From an uncultured Bacteroidota bacterium (GTDB lineage Bacteria > Bacteroidota > Bacteroidia > Bacteroidales > GCA-2748055), in contig CAWCAK010000008.1 in assembly GCA_963793455.1 (NCBI GenBank), forward strand, positions 298,480-362,479: a stretch of DNA of 64,000 nucleotides, given 5' to 3'. The notes below the pieces were generated by a model. The model saw only the letters and a program-made list of their open reading frames with translations. It ran no database searches and was not told the DNA's origin. The first letter of the stretch is position 1. Each line of letters opens with the position of its first letter. The translations under genes were made by a program, and so were the position numbers. Positions 29,137 to 39,101 of the stretch are shown one piece after another.

Positions 29137-29709
29137 TTGGGGAAAATAAAAAAATCAGGTTATTACATGTTCCTGCTCGCAGTCCTGCCCTGTTTACTCA
29201 CTGGCATGATACAGGGGCCGGAAGCAGGAACCACAAACCGGATGCAATCTCAAACAGATACCATGACCATTGAGTACAATCCCATCGGGGTATTTCACAG
29301 TCCGCTTACCCGGCAATCGGGTGCGCCCCGGCAAGGTGCCCTGGAGCCCACCATCAAGGGTTCCATCGAGATCTTTGCCCCTTATGTGGATGCATTGAAG
29401 GAACTGGACAGGACGGAGTACATGATCGTGCTCTACCACATGCATATATCCGGGAACTGGCATACGCCGGTCAGGCCCCCGGGAAGCACCCATGATTTCG
29501 GTCTTTTTGCCACCCGCTCTCCAAACCGGCCCAATCCCATCGGCTTTGCCGTCATCCGGCTGGACCGGATCGAGGGCTCCATCCTGCATGTCAGCGGGAT
29601 CGATGCCTTTGACGGTACGCCTGTCCTGGATATCAAACCCTGGCTCCCGTCTGTGGACTGTCCGGGATACGGAAAGCCATCGTCCATGGAAAAGGAGGTA
29701 GGGCTGTAA
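29137..29709 (+). CDS. tsaA: TsaA/TrmO-like tRNA (t6A37) N6-methyltransferase domain with hydrophobic N-terminal extension
   Basis: Motifs PIGVFHSP, APRQG, GLFATRSPNRPNPIG and DAFDGTPVLDIKP. Confidence 0.82.
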   Translation: MGKIKKSGYYMFLLAVLPCLLTGMIQGPEAGTTNRMQSQTDTMTIEYNPIGVFHSPLTRQSGAPRQGALEPTIKGSIEIFAPYVDALKELDRTEYMIVLYHMHISGNWHTPVRPPGSTHDFGLFATRSPNRPNPIGFAVIRLDRIEGSILHVSGIDAFDGTPVLDIKPWLPSVDCPGYGKPSSMEKEVGL

Positions 29710-29737
29710 TCACACTACAGACTGCCCTGCAATGCCG

Positions 29738-31710
29738 TCAGTCATTCTTCTTCAGGACCACCGCAAATCCCCCGCCCTTTTTCATGGGGATCACCAGGCT
29801 GTCGCCTGAGGTGACCTGTTTTGTTTCATGAATATAGTCCTCTGCCAGCTTGTTGGCGTTGATCCCGTCCCGGAAGACCTCCGCTTCGTAGGTCCCGTCA
29901 GTAAACCCTGAAAGATCGATGGTGACATCCCTTTCGTTCCAGTCGGTGAGCCCCCCGATATACCAGTTGTCCCCTTTCCGCCTGGCAATGACCGCAAACT
30001 CTCCCAGCTTGCCGTCCAGGGCCACCGTCTCATCCCAGGTGGTGGGAACCTCGGAAAGGAAACCGAGGATGTCGGGAACCTTCTCATACCGGGTGGGTGC
30101 ATCGCACAGCATCTGCAACGGGGCAAAATAGACCACAAACATGCCCAGCTGGTGGCAGCGGGTACCATAACTCATCGGGTTCTCGAAACTGGTATGGAAC
30201 TCCCCTTCCACCGCGTTTTTCATGGCACCCGGGGTATAGTCCATGGGACCGGCCAGCATGCGGGTAAAGGCGATATCCACATTGTGGCCGGGTGTATTCC
30301 GGGACTGAGGAGAACTTGTTGTATTCGTTGCCCCTTACAGCCTCGTAATTGATCAGGTTGGGAAGGTCCGGTGGAGGCCCGTGGGCTTGCTGCAGCCGTG
30401 GTAGTCCACCAGCAGGTGGTATTTGGCTGCTTCCCTGGCAAATCGCTCATAGAATTCAATGGCCAGCTGGTCATCCCGGTCGATAAAGTCCACCTTGACC
30501 CCGGCAATCCCCCAGTCCCGGAGCATTTTAAATACCTCATCCTTCTGCCTGTCGATGGTGTGCCACACTGCCCAGAGGATCAGCCCCACGCCCTTCTCCC
30601 TGGCGTATGATGTAAGATAGGGCATATCCACCGCGGGATTGGGGAGGAACAAATCGAACTGGTCAGACCACCACTCGTCGAGGATCACATAGCTGATGCC
30701 GTTGGCCGCTGCAAAATCGATGAAATACTTGTAGGAAGCCGTGTTCACGCCCGTTTCAAAATCAACCCCCTCCAGGTTAAGCGCGTTCCACCAGTCCCAC
30801 GCCACCTTCCCCGGCCTGATCCAGTCAGTTTTGATGGCGGCTGGCCGGGACAGTTTGTATACAAGGTCCGAATCGAGCAGGTCGGTATCCTTCCTGGCAA
30901 TCTTCATTACCCGCCAGGGGAACTCCCTCTTCCCGTCGGTTTTCGCGATATAGTCAGCCCGCTCGGTCACCACCAGGTTGAAATGCCTGGTGCCGCCAAG
31001 CTCTTCCTTCAACGGGATAGCGTGGAAAACTTGCCGCAGAACCTGTTCCAGCTGTGGGCTGAACGTTTGGACAGGTACATGCCCGGATAGCTGAAAAGGT
31101 CCGCCTCCATGATGGCCAGCTTCAGCCCCGGCATGGAGACCACCGAGGGGAGGCTCACCAGGTTCTCAGGCCTGATGGCTGTGATCCGCTGCCTGGTGTA
31201 CATCTTTTCATAGGAGGTGGTGTAGGAATCCACGATATGATTGATCATCATGTGGTTGTCATGGAACCGGTAGGAAACCTCTTCGTCGTAGACGATCAGT
31301 TCCCCCTTGAGGCCGGTCACAAAACGGTAAGCCACCCCATCGTCGAATGCCCTGAAAAGAAGGGAGTAGCCTCCCTCGAATCCGAGCCTGAGCTGGTTGT
31401 AGTGGTCCCTCACCTCTTTACGGATGCCCCAGACCGTGGCAATCCTCTGGTCCACTGTGGTGATCTCCTGAGAGGCCAGTTGGGGATCATGGCCCAGGGT
31501 CCCCTGGCTGGTGGTCATGGAGATGGGCGATGGCGCCATCACCTCGATGCCATCCACCTCAAGGCTGTAGTAGATCCGGTCGGTTACCTGCACCTGAACC
31601 CGGATGGTTTTATCGGGTGAAGAAACATCGTAGATTTCCTGTGCCATGGTGCAATTGACCATAAGGAATCCCGCCAAAAGCAACATCATCCTCCTGAGCA
31701 TTCTTTTCAT
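29738..31710 (-). CDS. Glycoside hydrolase family 97 (copy A), split by frameshifts near 31020-31040, 30360 and 30300
   Basis: Motifs SSPD, DDGVAYRF, FPWR, WIRPGKVAWDWW, GVKVDF, DYHG and FTRMLAGPMDYTPG. Confidence 0.9.
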
Positions 31711-31754
31711 GATTTTCTGGTATTTAAAATATAGTTAAGATTTTCAACGCAAAT

Positions 31755-33275
31755 CTAATGGCTTACGGTGACTTCCCCAAGGGAAATATAATGGTCCCGG
31801 TCTAGGGCTGAGCTTTCCAGGGCCAGGAATACATCCCGCTGCGGGCCTGATTCAGTGTCCTTCAGCTTGAATTTCAACTGGTAGGTCCCCTCCTCGATAT
31901 TCCCGGGCAGGCTGAAGGTATAGTTGGACTGTATGGTCTTGCCCGGAAGCCATGAACGGTTCCCCGATTCCCCGATAATGATCCTGTGCTGGCACCCGCC
32001 ATTGCCGTTGTCCAGGTAGAGAACCATGCTGAAATTCCGGTACGACGGGGCCACACCCCTGTTCAGCCAGGTAAAGGTCAGCTCCTGTTCGCCCCGGCCA
32101 AGGCGGGTCGGGTAAGAGGCGGAAACAGGGAAATACCAGTACCCGCACCTGTTGAGCAGCTCCACGGCCAGGTCCGGGTTGTCTGTCAGGAAATCCTCCG
32201 CGAAACCGTGGTGGCCTATGTAGGTGGCGTGCATGATCTCCAGCGATCTCCGGAAGAACTCGGCACCCGGCGCCCCCAGTTCCGGCACGGTATCACACCC
32301 GTTCTTTCCAAGCCAGTAGCCGTTCCTTTTTACACCGGCATAGTGTTCCAGTTCCAGGATGACGGGTTTCTCCAGGTAGAGCGGATCATAAAAGTGGGGG
32401 TGGCTGATGCTCCAGTGATCCCTGTACTTCTGCAGGTGCCAGGCGACCATGGGACTATCGTCCCTCAGTGTGATCCCGTGTGAAACAGCATAGTCATACA
32501 ACTCCTTTACTTCCTGATCCTCCTTGTTCCAGAAAAGCAGTGCGTCGGTGGCAACGATCTGTGTATGCTTGTAATTCTTCAGGTAAACATCCATGCTGGC
32601 CTTTACATCCTCCACGGTGGGCGGAATCTTCGTAGAGGCATTGGTATGCCCCTCCCCGTAATCCCCGATGCTCCCCACGTCCACATACCGGACCCATGGC
32701 TTATCATCATACCGCGCAGCGAATGCCCGGTGGAACTGGTCCAGTTTCTCCAGGTAGACCGGGTCACTCCAGTCGGGCGACCAGGCCTTCAGTCCATTCC
32801 GGGCTTTTACATCAGTTCCGTGGGCACCTGCCTTCCTCACCCAGTATGGTGTCCCATATATCACCCCGTCCACCACCTGGTCGGGAACCCCATCATGCAC
32901 CCGGTGTTCCTTGCTGATGATCCTGAACGAGATCCCGTATCCCAGGGGCACATATTTTTCCACCACCTCGTCAATCAGGTGCCAGTCAAACTCCCCTTCA
33001 CGCGGTTCCAGGAGGCTCCATGCAAGCCGCAGGTAAAGGTGGTCCATTCCCGGAAAGGTGGCGAACAGGGAATCATCGGTAACAGCATAACTTTCCAGGT
33101 TGATATCGATCAGGTGCTGGTACCAGCCTTTCCCGGGATTCTCCAGCGGGGAAACAGAATCCCACAGGGGCATGAAATCCCTGGTTGCCATCTGTGCATC
33201 CGGTGGATTACAGGATGTGATCACAAAGACCACGGCAAGGAGTATCAGTCTGAATGCCTGTGAAACCTTCTTCAT
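31755..33275 (-). CDS. DUF4832/DUF4874-type lipoprotein (GH5/GH42-like TIM barrel), copy A; shown artefactually fused to the upstream gene in the ORF track
   Basis: Has its own ATG and lipoprotein signal MKKVSQAFRLILLAVVFVITSC. Motifs ENPGKGWY, YLRLAWS.LEP.EG.FDW, GSIGDYGEGH, LRDDS and WLNRGVAP. Confidence 0.78.
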   Translation of the reverse strand: MKKVSQAFRLILLAVVFVITSCNPPDAQMATRDFMPLWDSVSPLENPGKGWYQHLIDINLESYAVTDDSLFATFPGMDHLYLRLAWSLLEPREGEFDWHLIDEVVEKYVPLGYGISFRIISKEHRVHDGVPDQVVDGVIYGTPYWVRKAGAHGTDVKARNGLKAWSPDWSDPVYLEKLDQFHRAFAARYDDKPWVRYVDVGSIGDYGEGHTNASTKIPPTVEDVKASMDVYLKNYKHTQIVATDALLFWNKEDQEVKELYDYAVSHGITLRDDSPMVAWHLQKYRDHWSISHPHFYDPLYLEKPVILELEHYAGVKRNGYWLGKNGCDTVPELGAPGAEFFRRSLEIMHATYIGHHGFAEDFLTDNPDLAVELLNRCGYWYFPVSASYPTRLGRGEQELTFTWLNRGVAPSYRNFSMVLYLDNGNGGCQHRIIIGESGNRSWLPGKTIQSNYTFSLPGNIEEGTYQLKFKLKDTESGPQRDVFLALESSALDRDHYISLGEVTVSH

Positions 33276-33294
33276 ACTTTCTGTTTTCTTGTAT

Positions 33295-36029
33295 TTAAAA
33301 TCTGACCTTGATCGGTTTCTTCCCCGGCCTGTTGAGAGGCTCCATCTCACCTGATTCCCACCAGCTTTTCCGCTTCCCGGCAGGCCGACCCGGACCCTGT
33401 AGCTACCATTGCGGTCGAATACCCCGGGACTGTATGTCCCTGGGGTGATCCTCCTCGTGCTGACCACCTCGCCTGTCTCCACGCGGATCACCTGGACAAC
33501 CGGGTTTTCCGGGGCGGAGATCTCCAGTTCAGGCAGCCAGGCGACAGGCGTCCTGCCGTCAAGCGCATCACCCTCCAGCGTCACCGGCCAGCCGGCGAAC
33601 TGGAATGCATCATTACCCGGCTCGGCATTATAGGGCCAGCACTCCACCTTCACTTTCCGGTCTGTCTTGTTGAAACGGACGATCCCGTACCCGTCTCCCA
33701 GGCAGGGCCTGCGCTGGTCCACCATCCCGTTCTCCAGCTCATCTGCCGGGAGGACAAAGCGCTGGCGCAGGTGCTGGTCAAGCAGGGAGCGCCGCTCCGG
33801 ATTGGCCACTGCGATCATCCGGAACAGGTTCCCAAAACCATCCTGGAATTCACCGGTATAATCCGGCGCCCCTGGTTCCCTGTCCATTCCCGCTGTTTCC
33901 GGATAGAACCAGCGCCAGAAGTAGTTGCCCATGGCGGGCACAGCAAACTGGTAGACCCCATCAGAGGGCTGTTCCACCCCCAGCCTGGCAAACGTACCCA
34001 GGTGCTGGTCACCGCTCAGGATAAATACCCCCGACCGGCGAAGCAGGTCAATGAGTTCATCCCGCCTGTTTTTCGGGAAACCATTGGAATCCGAGTCATC
34101 ATTGATGGTTCCGTCAAAATTCACGCTCATGGAGGCATAGATGGTCTGGCTCACCATGCACTTGAACTGCTGGCCTGTCCATTCCTTGCCCCACTCCTCC
34201 AGCATGGCCATCTGGCCCTGCCCCAACAATACCTGCTGTTCAGGATCCTCAACCTGTGGCGGGGTTTTGAACTTCCGGTCCTCCATCACAGCAAACCCGA
34301 TGCCCCCCCATGTAAATTTGGTATAGTAGTTGGAAATCCCCTGGCACGCGGGGACCGGTTCCCACGGATCGGGCAGGTGTCCCGACATGGTCTTGTGGAC
34401 CATGTTAATAAAAGCGGGTGAACGGAGGTATCCGCCATCCCTGTTATACCCGGTCAGGTTGGCCCTGCCCCCCCATCCCCAGAAGTTCCCCTGGTAAATG
34501 TCGTGGTCGTCGGGCTGCACAATGGCCGGAAGATGGTTGGTCAGGTCCCTGAAGGACCAGACCCAGACCAGCCACTTGTATAGATAGTCCTCAAATGGAC
34601 TGATGCTCCAGTCCTTGGGGGTAGGCTTGTTCTCGTATACCTGGTCGCCCGTGAAGAAAAGGATATCCACCCCCTGTTTCCCGATGGCCTCCACCTCGTG
34701 GTTGAAAGGGGACCATACGTTGGCCGGGGTCCACCGCCCGATGAGCACCTCCCCTTCCGCAGCCGGCCGTCCCGCATAATGGGGCGAACGGCCAATGGCC
34801 CCCATGCCGGTAAACCCGGCTATACTGACCTCCGGTTTGTCCACCGGATCAGCCGTGATCCTGGTCGGATAGTAGGAAACCTCTCCGTTCCAGTCCCGGA
34901 ATACCACCCTCACATCGCTTTCCTTCGAACTGTTCCAATCCTGCACCCGGAAAACCACCTGGTAAGTGGGTCCTGCCACCACCTCCGGGCCGGCAATTTC
35001 AGACCATGTCCCTTCTTCAGTCTTCTGTTCCAGGTGGGCCAGCAGGCGCATGCGCGGCATCCTGCCAGATGTGTTTCCAGCATTACCGGTTTCCTCAAGT
35101 CCCGGAAGGTAGGTCTCGTACCCCATGTGCATGAACTGTGCCGATAGTTTGAGGGTATTATCCGACACGGAATAAAGCGTTCCTGCGATGGGACCGTATG
35201 CTCTTTCGGGGAAATAGGCGAGCCGCTCCCCGCCCACGCTGAAGTGGCGAAAGTTGTGGTTCATTTTCGTACCTGCCTGGTGGGAGACAAGGGCCACGGT
35301 ACCCAGGAGCCGTTGCTCCCCGACTCCCTTCAATTCGGTGACAGCCAGCAACTCTTTGGTACCTGCATCCCAGACGGCGAAACGCAGGGTGTATGTTCCC
35401 TTTCCTGCTGGATTGGCATCCAGGCTCAGGATCACCTCGGATGAAGGATCCCTGCCCGGTGATTCCTTCAGGTCTTCGGATTTGAGCTCCGGGTACCTCG
35501 CACTGTAGGTCTCTGCCGACATGTCCCGGAATCCCGGTTTGCCCTTCCCGTCGGTGCTGATCACCGCCAGGATCCCTCCTCCCTTGCCGGGGTAATGGTG
35601 GACCAGGGCCGCTCCGCGGTGGTCCAGTTTCCCCTCTCCCGCCCCGATGAGAAAACCTGCAAAACTCCCCTCTCCGCTCCCGTTCTCTGTTTTGAGATTG
35701 ACCTGGAGATGAAACGGGGACCGCTTGTTAACCAGTTCGCGGGTGACCAGGTGAGCAGTCCTGCAGTGGGCATCCGCGGACGCGTCCGACCTCAGGAATC
35801 CCCCGTTCACTTCCCAGTCCTGCAGCCTGTTGCACCAGAAACCGGGACCGGCCCAGCGTCTTTGGGGAACACCCTCCCAGGCGGATACCCGGTGTAAGCC
35901 CTCATTCAACTGAATATCTGCAATATCGTTTCCTCCTGCAGGGGAATCAAACTGACCGGTTTCGGCATACGAAAAAATGGCCGGCCATGCCATGATGACC
36001 GACAACATAAAACACGTTGAATATTTCAT
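33295..36029 (-). CDS. PhoD-like (alkaline phosphatase D family) metallophosphoesterase with large N-terminal beta-sandwich region; 3' end frameshifted near 33365
   Basis: Motifs FFTGDQVYE, PDDHDIYQGN, EDRKFK, DSNGFP and LSGDQH. The alternative frame gives WWESGEMEPLNRPGKKPIKVRF* with its stop at 33295-33297. Confidence 0.78.
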
Positions 36030-36042
36030 TGTTGTAAAGTAC

Positions 36043-36106
36043 TATCTTTGCCCCTAATCCCGGGACAGGGAGGATATGCAAAATTGTTGCAAAGTTAGTA
36101 CATTTG
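36043..36106. promoter_or_regulatory. Divergent promoter region with Bacteroidota -7 elements on both strands
   Basis: TATCTTTG (+, 36043-36050), TAACTTTG (-, 36090-36097) and TACATTTG (+, 36099-36106). Palindrome TGCAA-N5-TTGCA at 36077-36091. Confidence 0.55.
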
Positions 36107-36115
36107 ACCATTGGA

Positions 36116-37438
36116 ATGGATGAGCATGCTGCCATATTGTATTGCCTGAAGAGGATCGAGGAGAAGACCGGGTGGAAGCCGATCAGCGAGTGGACAGACC
36201 ACGATTTTAAGCTGCTGAAGAACCAGATCTACGAGTGCTCCAACATTTCCATCAGCACCCACACCCTGAAACGGCTCTTCGGGAAGATCAAGTACAAGGA
36301 CAACTACACCCCGCAGCACGCTACCAAGGACGCCCTGGCCACTTTCCTTGATTACGGATCATGGGAGGAGTTCGTCAGATCTTCCCCGGACGAAATAAGG
36401 GCGTTCACGGAACAGAACGGGAACCAGGAGTTGAAAACCGTTGAGAAGAAGAAGACCGGGCGATCCATGAAACAGGTATACTGGCTGGTATCTGCTGCCG
36501 TGCTGGTGATCGCCGCCACTGTGGTGATCCTCGTCCTTGCCGGGAACCGGAAAATCCCCCCGTTCTCTTTTACCATTAAAAACGCGGAAGACTCCCTGCC
36601 ACACACCGTGAGGTTCACCTATGATGTGACCGGTATCAGATCGGACCAGGCGTTCATCGAATTCGATTTTACCCACCCCATCCTGGGAAACGAGTTTATC
36701 CTGGCGGACAACAAAAACTCCTTCGTCAACCACACCTACCAGGTACCGGGCGTGTACCACCCGAGGCTGATGCTCGGTAACATGGCCCTGGACTCGCTGG
36801 TGGTGGTTACAGAATCGGAGGGCTGGGTCTCCTTCTACCAGAAACACACTGAAACAGACAGGTACTGGTTGGACAACATGTTCATTAACCTGAAGTTTGA
36901 TGGATTCCTGACCTTCAGCCGGCCGGATATCGTGAGGCAGGGACTCGACACCACCGGGATCTATTATACGACGCACCGGAATATCCGGGATTATGGCCTC
37001 CCGGGAGATAATTTCAAGCTGGAAACCCGGTTTGTCAACAGTCCGGAGAGCGGTGGCATCAGCTGTTTTGACGCCTCGTTCACGGTCGTGTGCGAGCACT
37101 CCGATTCATATATCAGGATGATGGAGGAGAACTGCTCCCAGTTCTGCAGGCTTAAATTCGGAGAGAAATACTACGATGGAGTGACCAGTGACCTCTCCTT
37201 TCTCGCCCGGGACCTGACCCGGTGGAATCTCCTGAGGATCGAGGTAATTGATAAACAGGCTGCTGTCTATTTCAACGATGAACTGATCCATGAAGAGGCA
37301 TTCACCCAGGAGCCAGGAAAAATCAAGGGATTGAATATCCGGTTCAAAGGCTCAGGGCTGGTGGATTACCTGCTCCTTACTTCAGTCGAAGGTGACACTG
37401 CCTACTTCGCTGACTTTAAGGAGAAGGCACACCTATAG
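36116..37438 (+). CDS. Membrane-anchored protein with N-terminal HTH-like domain, single TM helix, PKD domain and C-terminal ConA/lectin-like domain; candidate one-component regulator
   Basis: Helical N-terminus with ISTHTLKRLFGK; TM WLVSAAVLVIAATVVILVLA; PKD-like HTYQVPGVYHP; C-terminal WNLLRIEV...VYFNDEL. Confidence 0.6.
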   Translation: MDEHAAILYCLKRIEEKTGWKPISEWTDHDFKLLKNQIYECSNISISTHTLKRLFGKIKYKDNYTPQHATKDALATFLDYGSWEEFVRSSPDEIRAFTEQNGNQELKTVEKKKTGRSMKQVYWLVSAAVLVIAATVVILVLAGNRKIPPFSFTIKNAEDSLPHTVRFTYDVTGIRSDQAFIEFDFTHPILGNEFILADNKNSFVNHTYQVPGVYHPRLMLGNMALDSLVVVTESEGWVSFYQKHTETDRYWLDNMFINLKFDGFLTFSRPDIVRQGLDTTGIYYTTHRNIRDYGLPGDNFKLETRFVNSPESGGISCFDASFTVVCEHSDSYIRMMEENCSQFCRLKFGEKYYDGVTSDLSFLARDLTRWNLLRIEVIDKQAAVYFNDELIHEEAFTQEPGKIKGLNIRFKGSGLVDYLLLTSVEGDTAYFADFKEKAHL

Positions 37439-39006
37439 CACCTCCGCCCTTCCCAGGGTAATGTAGTGCTGGTCATCCATGGCAGCCTTCTTCAATCCAA
37501 CGAACACGTCCCGTTGCTGATCCTGCGGTTTCGTATCCTTCAGCTTGAACTTCAGCACGCAGGGACCTTTCGCCATGTTTGCAGGAAGCCGGAAAGCGTA
37601 GGTCGATGCGTGTTTCTCACCGGGCATCCATCCCGTGTTCCCCGCGTTCCTGACCACCACATGTACGGGCTCCCCCCCTCCTCCGGTTCCAGGCAGAGGA
37701 TCAGGCTGAAATCGCGGTATGATGGGGCCACACCGCGGTTGAGCCATGTCATGGTAAGGATTTGCTCGCCTCTGCCGAGCACGGCCGGGTATGTTGCCTG
37801 AACAGGGAAATACCAGTACCCACAAAGGTTCAGCAACTCACCGGTCAGGTCCGGGTTCTCGGCCAGGAACTCCTCTGCGTAGCCGTGGAACCCGATATAG
37901 GTGGCGTGCATCACCTCGATGGACTTCCGGAAGATCTCCGCACCCGACACACCCAGGTCCGGGATCACCTCCTTCCCGTTCTCCCCGATCCAGCATCCGC
38001 CCCGCTTCACGCTCCCGTAATGGGCGAGCTCATGGACCATCGGTTTGGTCAGGTAGAGCGGGTCATAGAAATGCGGATGGCTGACAGTCCAGCTATCCAT
38101 GAATTTTTGAATATACCATCCCACCATGGGGCTGTCGTCCCTTAATGTGATCCCGTGGCCAGTGGCATAATCATACAATTCCTGCACATCGGCTTCATCC
38201 TTATGGTAATAGAGCAGATCATCGGTCACCACCAGCTGGGCATGCTTGTAATTTCTGAGATGCACATCAATATTGGCCTTCACCTCCTCCACAGTGGGAG
38301 CAATGCCGGTGGAGGCACTGGTGTGCCCCTCCCCGTACTCCCCGATGCTTCCCACATCCACGTACCTGACCCAGGGCTCAGCGTCATACCGTGCCGCAAA
38401 AGCACGGTGGAAGTTGTCCAGCTTTTCCAGGTAGACCGGATCATCCCAGTCAGGCGACCAGGCATACACATCTTTGGTCCTTTTGCTCAGGGAAACGGTT
38501 CCCTGTGCCCCCGCCTGCCTGACCCAATAGGGTGTCGCATAATTCACCCCGTCCACCACCTCGGGAACCGCCTCGGGATAGCCCCTGCGCTCCTTGCAGC
38601 TGATCCGGAAGGAGATCCCGTATCCCAGGGGCACGTATTTCTCTACCACCTCGTCAATATAGTGCCAGTCATACACTCCCTCTTCCGGTTCCAGGTAGCT
38701 CCACGCCAGCCTGATATAGAGGTGGTCCATTCCCGGAAAAGTGGCAAAAGCGGAATCATCCTGCACCCCGTAGCGGTCGATCCCATTGTCGATCATATGG
38801 TGGTACCACCCCTTGGCCGGGTTCTCCAGTACCCGGGTGGTGTCCCATGCTTCCCTGAAATCAACCGTGACCGTCCCACCCATCGTGGAACCGCAGGACC
38901 TTATCCAGAGGAGAGATACGATCACACTGCACATCAGGATAAAAAAGGTAAATACACCGCGTTTTCTGAAGGATTGTTCCATGAGTGGTCGGGGTTTGGT
39001 GTTCAA
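37433..39006 (-). CDS. DUF4832/DUF4874-type protein, copy B (frameshift in a G-run near 37675; alternative ATG at 38982)
   Basis: Motifs ENPAKGWY, YIRLAWSYLEPEEG, GSIGEYGEGH, LRDDS and WLNRGVAP. The C-terminus continues in ORF 37433-37825. Confidence 0.78.
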
Positions 39007-39037
39007 TATAAGGCATATGGCCTTTTCATTTTAGTTT

Positions 39038-39051
39038 GGCAACCGATTGCA
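39038..39051. promoter_or_regulatory. LacI/cre-like palindromic operator candidate GGCAACCGATTGCA
   Basis: Deviates from TGNAANCGNTTNCA only at the first base. Intergenic, upstream of DUF4832 copy B. Confidence 0.35.
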
Positions 39052-39084
39052 CAGGGATTGTACAGATTTTGAAATATTGGCAGG

Positions 39085-39101
39085 AATGCTCATAAGGCAT
39101 T
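39085..39101. promoter_or_regulatory. Palindrome AATGCTCATAAGGCATT (operator candidate or weak hairpin after the GH97 stop)
   Basis: 15/17 identical to 25380-25396. Confidence 0.3.

Noticed and set aside
31755-36029. 1424-aa ORF as a novel PhoD-glycoside hydrolase fusion
   Set aside because: An internal ATG with a full lipoprotein signal at 33275 and a natural-looking PhoD C-terminus and stop in the adjacent frame (33295) indicate two genes joined by an indel near 33365. The paralogue at 37433-39006 is stand-alone.
39008-39100. 9-bp direct repeat ATAAGGCAT (39008-39016 and 39092-39100) as an insertion scar
   Set aside because: There are no inverted repeats or cargo between the copies, and a short AT-rich match can arise by chance.
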